The translations under genes were made by a program, and so were the position numbers. The notes below the pieces were generated by a model. That model did no database searches. It was not told where the DNA came from and was given only the letters and a program-made list of their open reading frames with translations. A DNA stretch of 61,410 nucleotides from positions 1 through 61,410 of the forward strand of contig DMEZ01000013.1 of the NCBI GenBank assembly GCA_003450735.1, given 5' to 3'. Source of the DNA: Elusimicrobiota bacterium. Its GTDB lineage: Bacteria; Elusimicrobiota; Elusimicrobia; UBA1565. Below are positions 1 through 9,104 of this stretch, piece by piece (position 1 is the stretch's first letter; every line of letters begins with the position of its first letter).

Positions 1-1110
1 GACACGCCCGACCCGCCCGGCGGGCGCATCGAGCGCGGCCCCGGCGGCGAGCCCTCGGGCGTATTGCGCGAGGAGGCCATGGCGCTGGTGGAGAGCCTGC
101 TCCCGGAAAACAGCCAAGAGGAGCTGATGGAGGGCGCCCGGCGGGCCCTCAAGATGGCGGCCGGCTTCGGACTCACCGCGCTCCACGAGGCGGCGGCCGA
201 TGAGAAGACGCTCGCGGCCTACGCCGAGCTCGAGCGCCGCGGAGAGCTCACCGCCCGCGTCGACGCCTCCTTCCAGCTCGACCCCTCCAGCGGCGTCCCG
301 GACCTGGAGGCCCTGCGCGCGCGCCATCAAGGGAAGCTCCTGCGCCTGACCGGGGGGAAGATCTTCGCCGACGGCGTGCTCGAGGCCCGCACCGGCGCAG
401 TCCTCGAGCCCTATGTCGGCCGCGGCGGGCTCGGCACGGCGCTCTGGGACCAGAAAGCCTTCGATGAAGCGGCCTCGGAGCTCGACCGCCGGGGCTGCCA
501 GGTCCACGTGCACGCGGTGGGCGACCGGGCCGTGCGCATGGCCCTCGACGCGGTGGCCGAGGCCCGCCGGCGCAACGGCCCTGGCGGGCCGACGCACGAG
601 ATCGTCCACCTCGAGCTCATCGACCCCTCAGACCTGCCCCGCTTCAAGGCCCTGCGCGTCGCCGCCGGCTTCCAGCCGCTCTGGGCCTGGCGCGACCCCT
701 ACATCACCGACCTCACCGAGCCCGTGCTGGGGCCCGAGCGCTCCGCGCGCCTCTACCCCCTGGGCTCGGCCCTGCGCGCCGGAGCCCTGCTGGCCTGCGG
801 CAGCGACTGGTCGGTGAGCTCCATGAACCCCTGGGAGGCCATCCAAGTCGGTGCGACCCGTCGGGGCTTGGAGGAGGGGCCCGGTCAGGCCTGGCTGCCG
901 GGAGAGACGCTCCCGCTCGACGAGCTGCTGCGCTGCTACACGACCGGCGGGGCTTTGGCCGGAGGGCTGGACGCCGGGGCTCTCGAGCCGGGCAAGCCGG
1001 CGGACTTCATCGTGCTCGACCGCGACCCGTACCGCACGCCCCTGCACCAGCTCAAGGCCGTGAAGGTGCTCGAGACTTATCTGGAAGGACGCCGGGTCTA
1101 CTCGGAGTAA
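1..1110 (+). CDS. Amidohydrolase-family metal-dependent hydrolase (amidohydrolase 3 / YtcJ-like), 5'-partial; the frame is open to base 1
   Basis: ORF 64..1110 continues in-frame to position 1 without a stop. C-terminal motifs HVHAVGD, ACGSDWSV and KPADFIVLD are typical of the amidohydrolase TIM-barrel family. Confidence 0.7.
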   Translation, partial: DTPDPPGGRIERGPGGEPSGVLREEAMALVESLLPENSQEELMEGARRALKMAAGFGLTALHEAAADEKTLAAYAELERRGELTARVDASFQLDPSSGVPDLEALRARHQGKLLRLTGGKIFADGVLEARTGAVLEPYVGRGGLGTALWDQKAFDEAASELDRRGCQVHVHAVGDRAVRMALDAVAEARRRNGPGGPTHEIVHLELIDPSDLPRFKALRVAAGFQPLWAWRDPYITDLTEPVLGPERSARLYPLGSALRAGALLACGSDWSVSSMNPWEAIQVGATRRGLEEGPGQAWLPGETLPLDELLRCYTTGGALAGGLDAGALEPGKPADFIVLDRDPYRTPLHQLKAVKVLETYLEGRRVYSE

Positions 1111-2831
1111 GCGTAGAAGTACGGCAGTCCCAAAAAGCCCAGCCCCGCGACGTTCTCCTCGTTGCCGCAGCCCTTCACGCCCGCGCGGCAGGCCTCGAAC
1201 TCGGCCGGGGAGTAGGTCCAGATCTGCGGGACGTCCTCCTGGGCCCGGCGCAAGACCTTCGCCCAGGCCCGGCGCCGGGCTTTGGGATCCTCCGACGACG
1301 CCGCCTCGTCGATGAGAGCGTCGAGCCCGGGGCTGGAGTACCCCTGCCGCCGGGCGAGCCGGCCTCCGCTGTGGAGGAGCGGGTAGGCGAACGCGGCGAG
1401 GTCCGGGATCTCCGCGCTGAAATCCGCGACCGCCAAGGGCAGGGTGCGCGCGTCCAGCTCCCGCCGCAGGCGCTCGCGCTCCATGGGATGGAGGCGCGCC
1501 CTGAACTGCGGGCCGAGCGATTCGAGCCCCGCCTGCAGGACCCTCGCCGCGACCAGCTCCGCGGGGGAGCCGGCGTCGAAGGCGATGGGCAGGACGAAGC
1601 CCTTCCTCCAGAGAGCGCCCCCGCGGACACCCTTGAGAAGAGCCGCCGCGCGGGCGAGGTCCTTCTTCCAGCGCGGCCTGGCCGCGGTCTCCAGGAGGGC
1701 CGGCGGGAACGGGCCGTCCGTGCGCCGGCCCGAGGAGCCCAGGGCTTCCCGGTGGTAGCGCTCGTAGTCGAAGAGGAAGGAAAAGGCCTGGCGCACGGCG
1801 CGCTCGGCGAAGAGATCGGCCGGCAGGCCCTTCCCGTCCAGCACGCCGGAGCCCACGAAGGGCGAGGCGCTGGAGACGCGGAGGTTGAAGAGCACGAGCT
1901 TCCCCAGGCGCCCGAGCGGCGGGCTTTCGGCCCAGCGGATGCCCGGGTAGCCTTTCGCTCGGCGGGCGAAGGCGTCCTCCATGTCCGCGGCGTCCGCGTC
2001 TGCGGCCTCGAGGCGGAGGATGCGCTCCCCGGCGCTGGGCACCACGCGCAGGGCGGCCCTCCGCAGGGCCGCGGGCTTGCGCCAGTAGCCCTCGTGGCGG
2101 GCGAGCAAAGCATCCCCGGAGTCCGCCTTCTCGAGCCGGTAGGGGCCGGTGCCGTTCATGCGAGCGTCCAAGGGGCTCTTCGCGGGCCGCTCGGCGAGAC
2201 GGGCGTACCAGTCCGCCTCGCTCCCGTCCCAGTCGCCCTGGGCGAGAGCCCAGTCCTTGGAGGTCATGACGGGCATGGAGGCGATGAGCTTGAGAAGGAG
2301 CGGGACGGGGCGCTTGAAGCGCAGGACGAGCGCCCCCTTGCGGGCTTCGACCGCATCGAAGGCGGCCTTGAGCTCCGAGGCCGGCAGGACGCGGGGGTCC
2401 GGGCTGTCCGGCCGCCCCGCGAGGAGGCCGAGCAGGATGGAGGCGGCCGAGCCCTCGTCGGCGTAGATCATCGCCCGGAGGAAGGAGTAGCGCACGTCCT
2501 CGGCGCTCAGCTCGGAGCCCCCGTGCAGGCGCACGCCCTTGCGCACGGGGAAGGCCGCGACGAGGCGGTCTTCGGAGAGCAGGCCGTTCTCATGGGAGGG
2601 GATGTCCTCGGCGAGGAGCGGGAGGAAGACCTCCGACTGCCGCTCGCCCAGGAAGGCGAGGAGGGGCTCGTAGACGTTGCCGGCCAGCAGGAAATCCGAA
2701 GCCTCCGCCGTCCGGGCCGGGTCCATGCTCGTCCAGGGGCGGTCGAGCAGGTAGGTGAAGGTGCCCGTGTCCTGGATCTGCGCCGAGGCGGGGAGCGCGA
2801 AGGCCAGCAGGGCCGCGGGGAGCGCTCTCAT
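1098..2831 (-). CDS. ABC transporter substrate-binding protein, family 5 (peptide/nickel SBP-like), secreted
   Basis: A 577-aa product from an internal ATG (MRALPAALLAFALPASAQ signal peptide). Size and overall architecture fit SBP_bac_5. The N-terminal 23 aa of the longer ORF look non-coding. Start overlaps the upstream gene's stop as ATGA. Confidence 0.6.
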   Translation of the reverse strand: MRALPAALLAFALPASAQIQDTGTFTYLLDRPWTSMDPARTAEASDFLLAGNVYEPLLAFLGERQSEVFLPLLAEDIPSHENGLLSEDRLVAAFPVRKGVRLHGGSELSAEDVRYSFLRAMIYADEGSAASILLGLLAGRPDSPDPRVLPASELKAAFDAVEARKGALVLRFKRPVPLLLKLIASMPVMTSKDWALAQGDWDGSEADWYARLAERPAKSPLDARMNGTGPYRLEKADSGDALLARHEGYWRKPAALRRAALRVVPSAGERILRLEAADADAADMEDAFARRAKGYPGIRWAESPPLGRLGKLVLFNLRVSSASPFVGSGVLDGKGLPADLFAERAVRQAFSFLFDYERYHREALGSSGRRTDGPFPPALLETAARPRWKKDLARAAALLKGVRGGALWRKGFVLPIAFDAGSPAELVAARVLQAGLESLGPQFRARLHPMERERLRRELDARTLPLAVADFSAEIPDLAAFAYPLLHSGGRLARRQGYSSPGLDALIDEAASSEDPKARRRAWAKVLRRAQEDVPQIWTYSPAEFEACRAGVKGCGNEENVAGLGFLGLPYFYAYSE

Positions 2832-3529
2832 GGCATATCCGAAGTCAGCTTGGTGCCGCTCCGGTCGTACATCACGGTCTTCATGCTCATCCCGCCCCAC
2901 GAGGAGAGCGCCCCGCCCTGGACCGCGAGGGCGAGCATGGCCCGGTCGAGGCCGTCCACGGAGAGGCCGCGCACGTAGTTGCGGCCCAGGTTGTAGATCT
3001 GCTGGAACCAGAGCGTGTCGCCCGAGGCGTCCAGGTGGAGGATGCGCGCGGGGTAGCTGCCGTCGCTGAGGACGCAGGAGCCGGCGACCCAGGCCTCGCC
3101 CGCCTCGTTGGCCGCCGCGTAGGACGCCTCGCAGCCCGGGGCCGTGGTGTCCGAGCGCTCCCAGAGATAGTCCCCCGAGGGCGAGTACTTCATCATCCAG
3201 AAGTAGCGGCTCCCCTGCCAGAGCCGCATGCCGGCCAAGAGGATGCCGCCGCGGGGGTCGAGGGCGAGCGCATTGGCGTGCTCTTGGTAGCCGTCCGAGT
3301 GGGTGCGCTCCCAGAGCAGGCTGCCCGTTCCGTCGATATAGGTGATCCGGAGGGAAGTGTTCTGCCCGTCGAAGAGGCTCATCGCGCTGATCGAGTTGCC
3401 GGCGCTGTCGAAGACCTGCAGTAGCCCGCCGTCCTGCCCGCCGATGCTCGCGGCGCCGAAGCAGGGGGGGCGCGCGCAGAGGAGCGCGAGGGCGAGGGCG
3501 AGGGCGGCGGTCTTGAGCGGGAGGCGCAT
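2828..3529 (-). CDS. Secreted beta-propeller repeat protein (SBBP-like repeats)
   Basis: Signal peptide MRLPLKTAALALALALLCA. Repeated DG(S/T)LLWER / GDYLWER / GDTLWFQ motifs resemble Solibacter-type beta-propeller (SBBP) repeats. ATGA overlap with the SBP gene. Confidence 0.5.
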   Translation of the reverse strand: MRLPLKTAALALALALLCARPPCFGAASIGGQDGGLLQVFDSAGNSISAMSLFDGQNTSLRITYIDGTGSLLWERTHSDGYQEHANALALDPRGGILLAGMRLWQGSRYFWMMKYSPSGDYLWERSDTTAPGCEASYAAANEAGEAWVAGSCVLSDGSYPARILHLDASGDTLWFQQIYNLGRNYVRGLSVDGLDRAMLALAVQGGALSSWGGMSMKTVMYDRSGTKLTSDMP

Positions 3530-3599
3530 GGCTTCCCAGGATTTCAGCAATTTCCTCGAAGCCTTGCCAGCGGGAGCTCTCAAGGGCTATGCTCTATGC

Positions 3600-4778
3600 G
3601 TGAGTCCGCGCCTGCTTTTCCCGGCCCTGCTCCTGCTGGCCGCCTGCTCCAAGGGCTCCGCCCCCGTCGTCGGCCGGCCGGCCCCGGAGTTCAAGCTCGA
3701 CAAGGTCCTGCAGGCCCCGGTCGAGCGATTCGAGGGCTGGAAGAGCCTCCAGGGGAAGGCGGTCGTGCTCGAGTTCTGGGACACCGGCTGCGTCTCCTGC
3801 GTGGACGCCATCCCGCATCTCAACGACCTCGCCGAGCGCTTCAAGGACCGGCCCGTCGTGTTCCTCTCCGTGACCAAGGACGACGAGGAGACCGTGCGCG
3901 CCTTCCTCAAGGGCCGGCCCATGCGCGGCTGGGTGGGCCTCGACTTGGCCAAGCGCGCCTACGACGCTTTCCGCGTCCGCGCCGTGCCCCGCACCTTCAT
4001 CGTCGACGCCGGCGGGCGCCTGGTGGCCGACACCTACCCCGGCATGCTCGACGCCGAGACCCTCGAGAAGGCCCTGGCCGGGGCTCTCATCGAAGCCCCC
4101 ACCGACGCGCAGAAGGAGACGGCCGCCCTGCGCGCCATGCTCGGCCTGCAGGACGAGGAGCCGCTGCCCGCCCTCCTCGTGCGCGTCTCGCCGACGCGGC
4201 CCGGAGCCGACGGCGGCAAATACGGCCCGGGCCTCTTCAAGCAGTTCGGCATCACCTTCGAGGACATGGCGGCCTACGCCTACGAGGGGCGCAGGGGGCG
4301 AGTCGATTTCCGTTCCACCCGGGCGCTGGAGCGCTGCGACGTCCTCCTTTATTCCGCGGGCGCCGACGAAGCGCGCAAGCGGCGCCTCATGGGAGAGGCC
4401 CTGCAGACGCTCTTCCCGCACAAGGCGCGGCGCGAGGCCCGCACGGTGGACGTCTACCGCCTCGTGATGCGGGCCGGCCCCGCCCCGGGCCGCCGCAAGC
4501 CGGCCGACACGGACGTCATGGGGGGCGGGGGGAAGAAGGGCTCCGGCAGCCTCAAGTACAAGAACACCCCGCTAAGCTGGCTCGCCTCGGGCTTGGAGCG
4601 GGAGCTCGAGCGGCCCGTCTTCGACAAGACCGGCTCCAAGGAGAGCTTCGACTTCGAGATCGTCTGGGACGCCGGAAAGAAGGGCGCCCTCGAGAAGGCC
4701 CTCGACCCCATCGGGGTGCGCCTCATCCCCGCCAAGGCCCCGGTCGACTACCTCGTGGTCGAGGAGGAGCGCCCGTGA
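3600..4778 (+). CDS. Lipoprotein: TlpA-like thioredoxin/redoxin domain (CxxC) fused to a C-terminal TIGR03435-like 'soil-associated' domain
   Basis: GTG at 3600 gives MSPRLLFPALLLLAACSKG (lipobox LAAC). Redoxin motif WDTGCVSC plus RAVPRTFIVD. C-terminal ~230 aa carry DKTGSKESFDFEIVWD, which resembles the TIGR03435 signature. The true start is uncertain; the ORF extends to 3342 but would overlap the divergent gene. Confidence 0.55.
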   Translation: MSPRLLFPALLLLAACSKGSAPVVGRPAPEFKLDKVLQAPVERFEGWKSLQGKAVVLEFWDTGCVSCVDAIPHLNDLAERFKDRPVVFLSVTKDDEETVRAFLKGRPMRGWVGLDLAKRAYDAFRVRAVPRTFIVDAGGRLVADTYPGMLDAETLEKALAGALIEAPTDAQKETAALRAMLGLQDEEPLPALLVRVSPTRPGADGGKYGPGLFKQFGITFEDMAAYAYEGRRGRVDFRSTRALERCDVLLYSAGADEARKRRLMGEALQTLFPHKARREARTVDVYRLVMRAGPAPGRRKPADTDVMGGGGKKGSGSLKYKNTPLSWLASGLERELERPVFDKTGSKESFDFEIVWDAGKKGALEKALDPIGVRLIPAKAPVDYLVVEEERP

Positions 4779-5509
4779 GGCGGGGGCTGCTCCTCGCCGC
4801 GCTGCTGCCCCTGCAGGCGTGCCTCTACACCCATCACCGGGAGAAGGCCGCCCTCGCCCCCCAGGAGAGAGCGGTCTCCGGCGGCCTGCGAGCGGGAGAC
4901 ATCCTGGCGGACTGCTTCGTCTACCGCTCCTCCGAACTGCCCCTCTCGGCCTTCTTCCGGCGCCTGGCCAAGGGCGAGTTCGACAAGGCTCTCCAGAGCA
5001 TCCGCCTGCGCTACGAGCCCTCGGCCCACGACGGGAAGGCGATGAAGGCCCTGCTCAAGGCGCGCTTCGTGCCCGTGCTGGTGCGCGCGCGCAACGAGGG
5101 CTCCGCTTCCGCCGACCTCGGCGCCGTGCGCTGGACGCTCCACAGCGCCGACGGCGTGCTCGACCCCATCCCGCCCGCGGAGCTGCCCAAGGCGCTCGAA
5201 GGCGTTCACTGGCCCGCGGTCGCGGCCAACGTGTACAACACGACCGTCGTGGTGGTGGGCTACACGGCCGTGCTGGCCGCCATCGCCGCGACGGTCTACT
5301 ATGGAGGGAACGGCCCCATCCCCGCGGAATTCCTGTCCCTTCCCGAGCGGGATGCGGTATGGAACCCGGTCAAGAAGACCTTGGACCTCGACTACCAGGA
5401 CTTCCTGCTGCGCGGCGGGACGCTGGCCCCCGGCGAGAGCCGGCAGGGCCTGCTCTTCTTCCGCCTGAAGGGCAAGGACTGGGGAGGGCTCGCCCTCCAG
5501 GCAGGGTGA
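4775..5509 (+). CDS. Lipoprotein of unknown function
   Basis: GTG start overlapping the upstream stop (GTGA). MRRGLLLAALLPLQAC lipobox. Contains an internal hydrophobic segment TTVVVVGYTAVLAAIAATVYY. No domain recognised. Confidence 0.45.
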   Translation: MRRGLLLAALLPLQACLYTHHREKAALAPQERAVSGGLRAGDILADCFVYRSSELPLSAFFRRLAKGEFDKALQSIRLRYEPSAHDGKAMKALLKARFVPVLVRARNEGSASADLGAVRWTLHSADGVLDPIPPAELPKALEGVHWPAVAANVYNTTVVVVGYTAVLAAIAATVYYGGNGPIPAEFLSLPERDAVWNPVKKTLDLDYQDFLLRGGTLAPGESRQGLLFFRLKGKDWGGLALQAG

Positions 5510-5510
5510 C

Positions 5511-6197
5511 ATGATCGGGATCCTGGCGGCGGCGGTCGGCATCTCATCGGCGACCCTGGTCTGGCAGCCCTCGCACCAGACCGACACGGGGGAGGCCTAC
5601 GACGAGTCCGCGGTGTGCGGAGGCATCGTGGACGCCGCGATGGCCGCCGCGCCCGCACTTCAGGAGCACAGGGTCTGGAGCCGCGGAGTGAAGAACCTGC
5701 ACCACGCGGACTCCGGCACCAACACCCTCATCGCCCACACCTCCGCGCTGGTCGGGGGGAGGAAGTCCGGCTACGCCTACGAGCTCGACCTCTCCAACGC
5801 GCTCAAGCCGCTCGTCTTCGTGGGCGTGCACAACAACGGCGGCACGAAGCGCCACGCGGTCTGGGCTTACGTCCACGACGGCGACAGGCACGAGGCGCAG
5901 AGCCGCCGGCTGGCCGCGCTCCTCCTCGAGGAGGTCGCGGCCGCGACCGACCTGCAGGATCGCGGGACGCACCTCGACAGCTCCACGGGCCGCAACGACT
6001 ACCGCTGCAGGGCCACCGGCAAGCTGGCGTTCTACAGCATCGACGAGAACGTGAACGCCGCCCCTTACCGGGTACTCATGGAGATCGGCGACCTCGACGC
6101 GAGCCGGGAGTTCCTGCAGGACCCGGCCAACCAGAAGAGGCTGGGCGAAGCGCTCAAGCGCGGGGTCGCGAGGTTCCTGGAGAGCCTGCCCCGATGA
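5511..6197 (+). CDS. Zinc amidase, Amidase_3 (MurNAc-L-alanine amidase)-like with a divergent N-terminus
   Basis: NLHHADSG resembles the AmiA SIHADA motif. VLMEIGDL...LGEALKRGVARFL resembles the AmiA VLVETGF...LAEAIYKGLRNYF tail. The canonical DAGHGG motif is absent and possibly replaced by SHQTDTGEAYDE. N-terminal hydrophobic segment present. Confidence 0.4.
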   Translation: MIGILAAAVGISSATLVWQPSHQTDTGEAYDESAVCGGIVDAAMAAAPALQEHRVWSRGVKNLHHADSGTNTLIAHTSALVGGRKSGYAYELDLSNALKPLVFVGVHNNGGTKRHAVWAYVHDGDRHEAQSRRLAALLLEEVAAATDLQDRGTHLDSSTGRNDYRCRATGKLAFYSIDENVNAAPYRVLMEIGDLDASREFLQDPANQKRLGEALKRGVARFLESLPR

Positions 6198-7114
6198 GAG
6201 CCCTGCTGCTCCTCGCCGCGCTCTGCGCGTGCTCCCGCCAGGAGGACACGATGAAGACCTATTCGGCGGACGGCCGGCTCCCCATCGAGAAGCTCTTCGA
6301 GGCCCAGGACACGCTCCTGCGCTCGGGCCGCTGGGAAGTCGAGACGGTCTTCGATGACCGAGGCCTGCCCTCGCGCGTGTTCCGCACGAAGAAGAAGGGC
6401 CCGGCCCTCTGGGTGCTGGCCGGCATCCACGGCGAGGAGCCGGCCCCGCCCAACGCGGTGGCCCAGAACATCGAGAAGTTCGACGCCCTCGCAAGAAAGG
6501 GGATCCCGGTCGTGCTCTTCCCGCTCTGCAACCCCGTCGGCTACGTGAAGGCCTGGCGCTACCCGGACTCGGAAGGGCGCTCGGGGACCGGGCACAGCGT
6601 GGGCGACAGCGACCATCTGCTCCCGGACAAGGCGGGCAAGCCCCGGGCCATGAAGGCGACGTCCGCCCAGGCCGGCGCCCTGACCGCCAAGGTGCTCGCG
6701 CTCTCCAAGGACTATCCGCCGGTCCTCTCGGTCGACCTCCACGAGGACGACTCCATCGCGAAAGGCTACCTCTACTCCCAAGGCCCGAAGGGCCGGCAGG
6801 ACCCCGCGGCCAAGGCCATCATCGCCGAGATGGACCGCCTGGGCTATCCGGTCCAGCTGACGGGGCAGACCAGCTTCGACGAGATCATCGTCGGCGGGGT
6901 CATCTCCGGCGTGCAGGACGGCTCGGTGGACGAGCTCATCGCGGCCCGCGAGATCCTCGTCGACGGGGCGAGGCGCCCGGGGCCGGGAGGGAAGTCCGTG
7001 GTCGTCGTGGAGACCAGCACCATGAAGGCCCCCATCTCGGAGCGCCTGCGGGTGCACGACGCGGTCTTAAAGATGCTGGAGAAGCTCTACCAGGAGACGA
7101 ACTCGTCCTTCTGA
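6194..7114 (+). CDS. M14 zinc carboxypeptidase-like / AstE-AspA family lipoprotein (MpaA-like murein peptide amidase candidate)
   Basis: ATGA overlap with the upstream gene. MRALLLLAALCAC lipobox. Zinc-site motifs WVLAGIHGEEP (HxxE) and VDLHED. Confidence 0.55.
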   Translation: MRALLLLAALCACSRQEDTMKTYSADGRLPIEKLFEAQDTLLRSGRWEVETVFDDRGLPSRVFRTKKKGPALWVLAGIHGEEPAPPNAVAQNIEKFDALARKGIPVVLFPLCNPVGYVKAWRYPDSEGRSGTGHSVGDSDHLLPDKAGKPRAMKATSAQAGALTAKVLALSKDYPPVLSVDLHEDDSIAKGYLYSQGPKGRQDPAAKAIIAEMDRLGYPVQLTGQTSFDEIIVGGVISGVQDGSVDELIAAREILVDGARRPGPGGKSVVVVETSTMKAPISERLRVHDAVLKMLEKLYQETNSSF

Positions 7115-7467
7115 GCGTAGTCCTTGAGGTGCCAGACGACGCCTTCCCGGTCCGTGAAGAAGTAGACCTTCCCCGAGGCGTTCTCCGCCGTCCTGTCGAT
7201 GGGGAAGCCCAGTTCCTCCTCGATGAACCTCTTCGCGCCGGAGCGGCGCAGGCAGGGCTGGCAGATGCCCGAGGCGGCGGGGGGAGAGGGAACGGCGCGC
7301 TTCTTGACCTCCACGCAGAGGCCCTCGGGGCTGATGAACATGGCGGTGCCGGCCGCGTCCACGACCTTGTGGCGCCCGCCGCCGAAGAGCTTCACGAGGA
7401 AGAGGCAATAGGCCGGCACGTCCTTCACGTGAGCCTCGATGTGGTCGAACGACGCGGTCAAAACCAT
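7087..7467 (-). CDS. VOC/glyoxalase-bleomycin resistance family protein
   Basis: A 126-aa product. Size and composition fit a VOC-fold protein. Convergent 28-nt overlap with the upstream gene. Confidence 0.45.
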   Translation of the reverse strand: MVLTASFDHIEAHVKDVPAYCLFLVKLFGGGRHKVVDAAGTAMFISPEGLCVEVKKRAVPSPPAASGICQPCLRRSGAKRFIEEELGFPIDRTAENASGKVYFFTDREGVVWHLKDYAQKDEFVSW

Positions 7468-7514
7468 GGCCGCCTCCCTTGCATGGATGCCATTGAGGTA
7501 TACTCTACCATCTC

Positions 7515-8879
7515 ATGAGACTGAGAGTCCGCTTCTCGCTGGTCATCCTGAGCCTCATCCTGCTCAGCCAGGTGTTCTTCAGCGCGGCGTACTACTACAT
7601 CGAGCGCCGCTCCGAGATGGGCCTCATGTACCAGCAGGCCATGCAGAGCGTGCAGCTGGCCACCGCCGAGTGCCACGAGGCGATGGTCACCGGCGACTGG
7701 GGCACCGCGCGGGAGTACTTCGTCGCGCTCGGCATGCTCCCGGCGGTCCGCCACGCCGACTGCATGGACGCGGGGGGCCGCATCCTCGCCCACTCCGACC
7801 CGACCCGCATCGGCGAGAGGAACCTGGACGCCTTCGGCGTGGCCGAGGGGGTCTGGCAGGTCTCACGCTCGGTCCGCCTCCCCGGCCGCGGCGCGGGGCT
7901 GGCGCGCATCGGCTACGACGCCGCCGAGCTCGACGCCCAGGTGCGCGGACGCCTCGCCCGGACGATGCTCGTCCTGAGCCAGGTGGGCGTGTTCTCCATG
8001 GTCTTGGGTTTGCTCGCCGCCTTCCTGGTCGCCCGCGCCCAGACCCGGCCCATCGAGGAGCTGGCGGCGGCGACGGCCGAGCTCAGCGCGGGCCACCTCG
8101 ACTTCCGCCTCCCGGAAGACGCCCGGCGCGACGAGCTGGGGCTTCTGCGCCTGAAGTTCAACGAGATGGCGCACCGGCTGGGGGAGCTCGACAAGATGAA
8201 GCGGCGCCTCGTCGAGAGCCTGACCCACGACCTCAAGAACCCGCTGGCCGGCATCAAGGCGAGCCTCCAGATGATGCTCGACCGCAACGCCGGCCCCCTG
8301 ACCGCCGCGCAGAAGAAGTACATGGAGTCCTCGCTCGAGTCCGCGGACCGGCTCTGGGACACCATCGACGGGATCCTGGATGCCATGCGCCTGCAGGCCG
8401 GGCCCTTCCCCATCCAGCTCGAAGACGCGGAGGTCGAGGCGCTCGTCCGGCCCGCGGCGGCCGGCCTGGAGCCGAAGGCGGAGAGGTGCGGCGTCAAGCT
8501 GAAGACCTCCGTCCCGAAGGGGCTGCCCCGGGTGAAGGCCGACTGCGAGCTGGTCCAGCGGGTGCTCGGCAACCTCCTCGCCAACGCCCTCAAGTTCACC
8601 CCGTCGGGGGGGACCGTCACCCTCCGCGCCGAGAAGGACGGAGGGACCGTGCGCTTCGAGGTGCGGGACACCGGGGCGGGCATCCCGGCCGAGGAGCTCT
8701 CCCGCATCTTCGAGCCCTTCTACCAGGTCTCGGAGACCGGGAGCCTTGCGCGGGAGCACGGTTCCGGCCTGGGCCTGAGCATCTGCGAGCGCATCGTGCG
8801 CGAGCACGGCGGCCGCATCTGGGCCGAGAGCGAGTTCGGGAAAGGTTCGGCGTTCTTCTTCACCCTGCCCGCGGCGTGA
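7515..8879 (+). CDS. Sensor histidine kinase (2 TM, HAMP, HisKA, HATPase_c)
   Basis: H-box SLTHDLKNPLAGI. N-box/G-boxes LGNLLANALKFT, RDTGAGI, GSGLGLSI. N-terminal TM helix and a second TM before the HAMP-like linker. Confidence 0.85.
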   Translation: MRLRVRFSLVILSLILLSQVFFSAAYYYIERRSEMGLMYQQAMQSVQLATAECHEAMVTGDWGTAREYFVALGMLPAVRHADCMDAGGRILAHSDPTRIGERNLDAFGVAEGVWQVSRSVRLPGRGAGLARIGYDAAELDAQVRGRLARTMLVLSQVGVFSMVLGLLAAFLVARAQTRPIEELAAATAELSAGHLDFRLPEDARRDELGLLRLKFNEMAHRLGELDKMKRRLVESLTHDLKNPLAGIKASLQMMLDRNAGPLTAAQKKYMESSLESADRLWDTIDGILDAMRLQAGPFPIQLEDAEVEALVRPAAAGLEPKAERCGVKLKTSVPKGLPRVKADCELVQRVLGNLLANALKFTPSGGTVTLRAEKDGGTVRFEVRDTGAGIPAEELSRIFEPFYQVSETGSLAREHGSGLGLSICERIVREHGGRIWAESEFGKGSAFFFTLPAA

Positions 8880-9104
8880 GCCGCCCTCACGGTAGCCCGA
8901 CCGACGAGGGGTCGGGCAGGTCCCAGGCCTTCCACAGGCGCAGGTAGTCCCTGCTCGAAAGCAAAACCAGCTCGGCCTTCGAGGCGGGGTCCAGCCAGCG
9001 AAGCAGCCGGATCATCCGCTCCTCCGAGAGCGCGACGCAGGCCGAGGTCTGGTCGCCGGCCCCGGACGATAGCGGAATCGAAAGCGCGCTTGTATAATGC
9101 GTGC

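Noticed and set aside
1175-2978. Long ORFs 1175..2113(-), 1371..2978(+) and 1444..1758(+) overlapping the SBP gene
   Set aside because: Arg/Ala/Pro-rich low-complexity translations typical of alternative frames in high-GC DNA. They overlap a well-supported CDS.
3596-5509. 637-aa ORF 3596..5509(+) and 3594..4421(-)
   Set aside because: Frame-shifted shadow of the TlpA/TIGR03435 gene, Arg/Pro-rich. Only its last 244 codons (4775..5509) are retained as a lipoprotein gene.
5544-7057. ORFs 5544..6494(-), 5615..7114(+) N-terminal part, 6065..7057(-)
   Set aside because: Overlap the amidase and M14 genes in other frames or on the other strand. Low-complexity composition.
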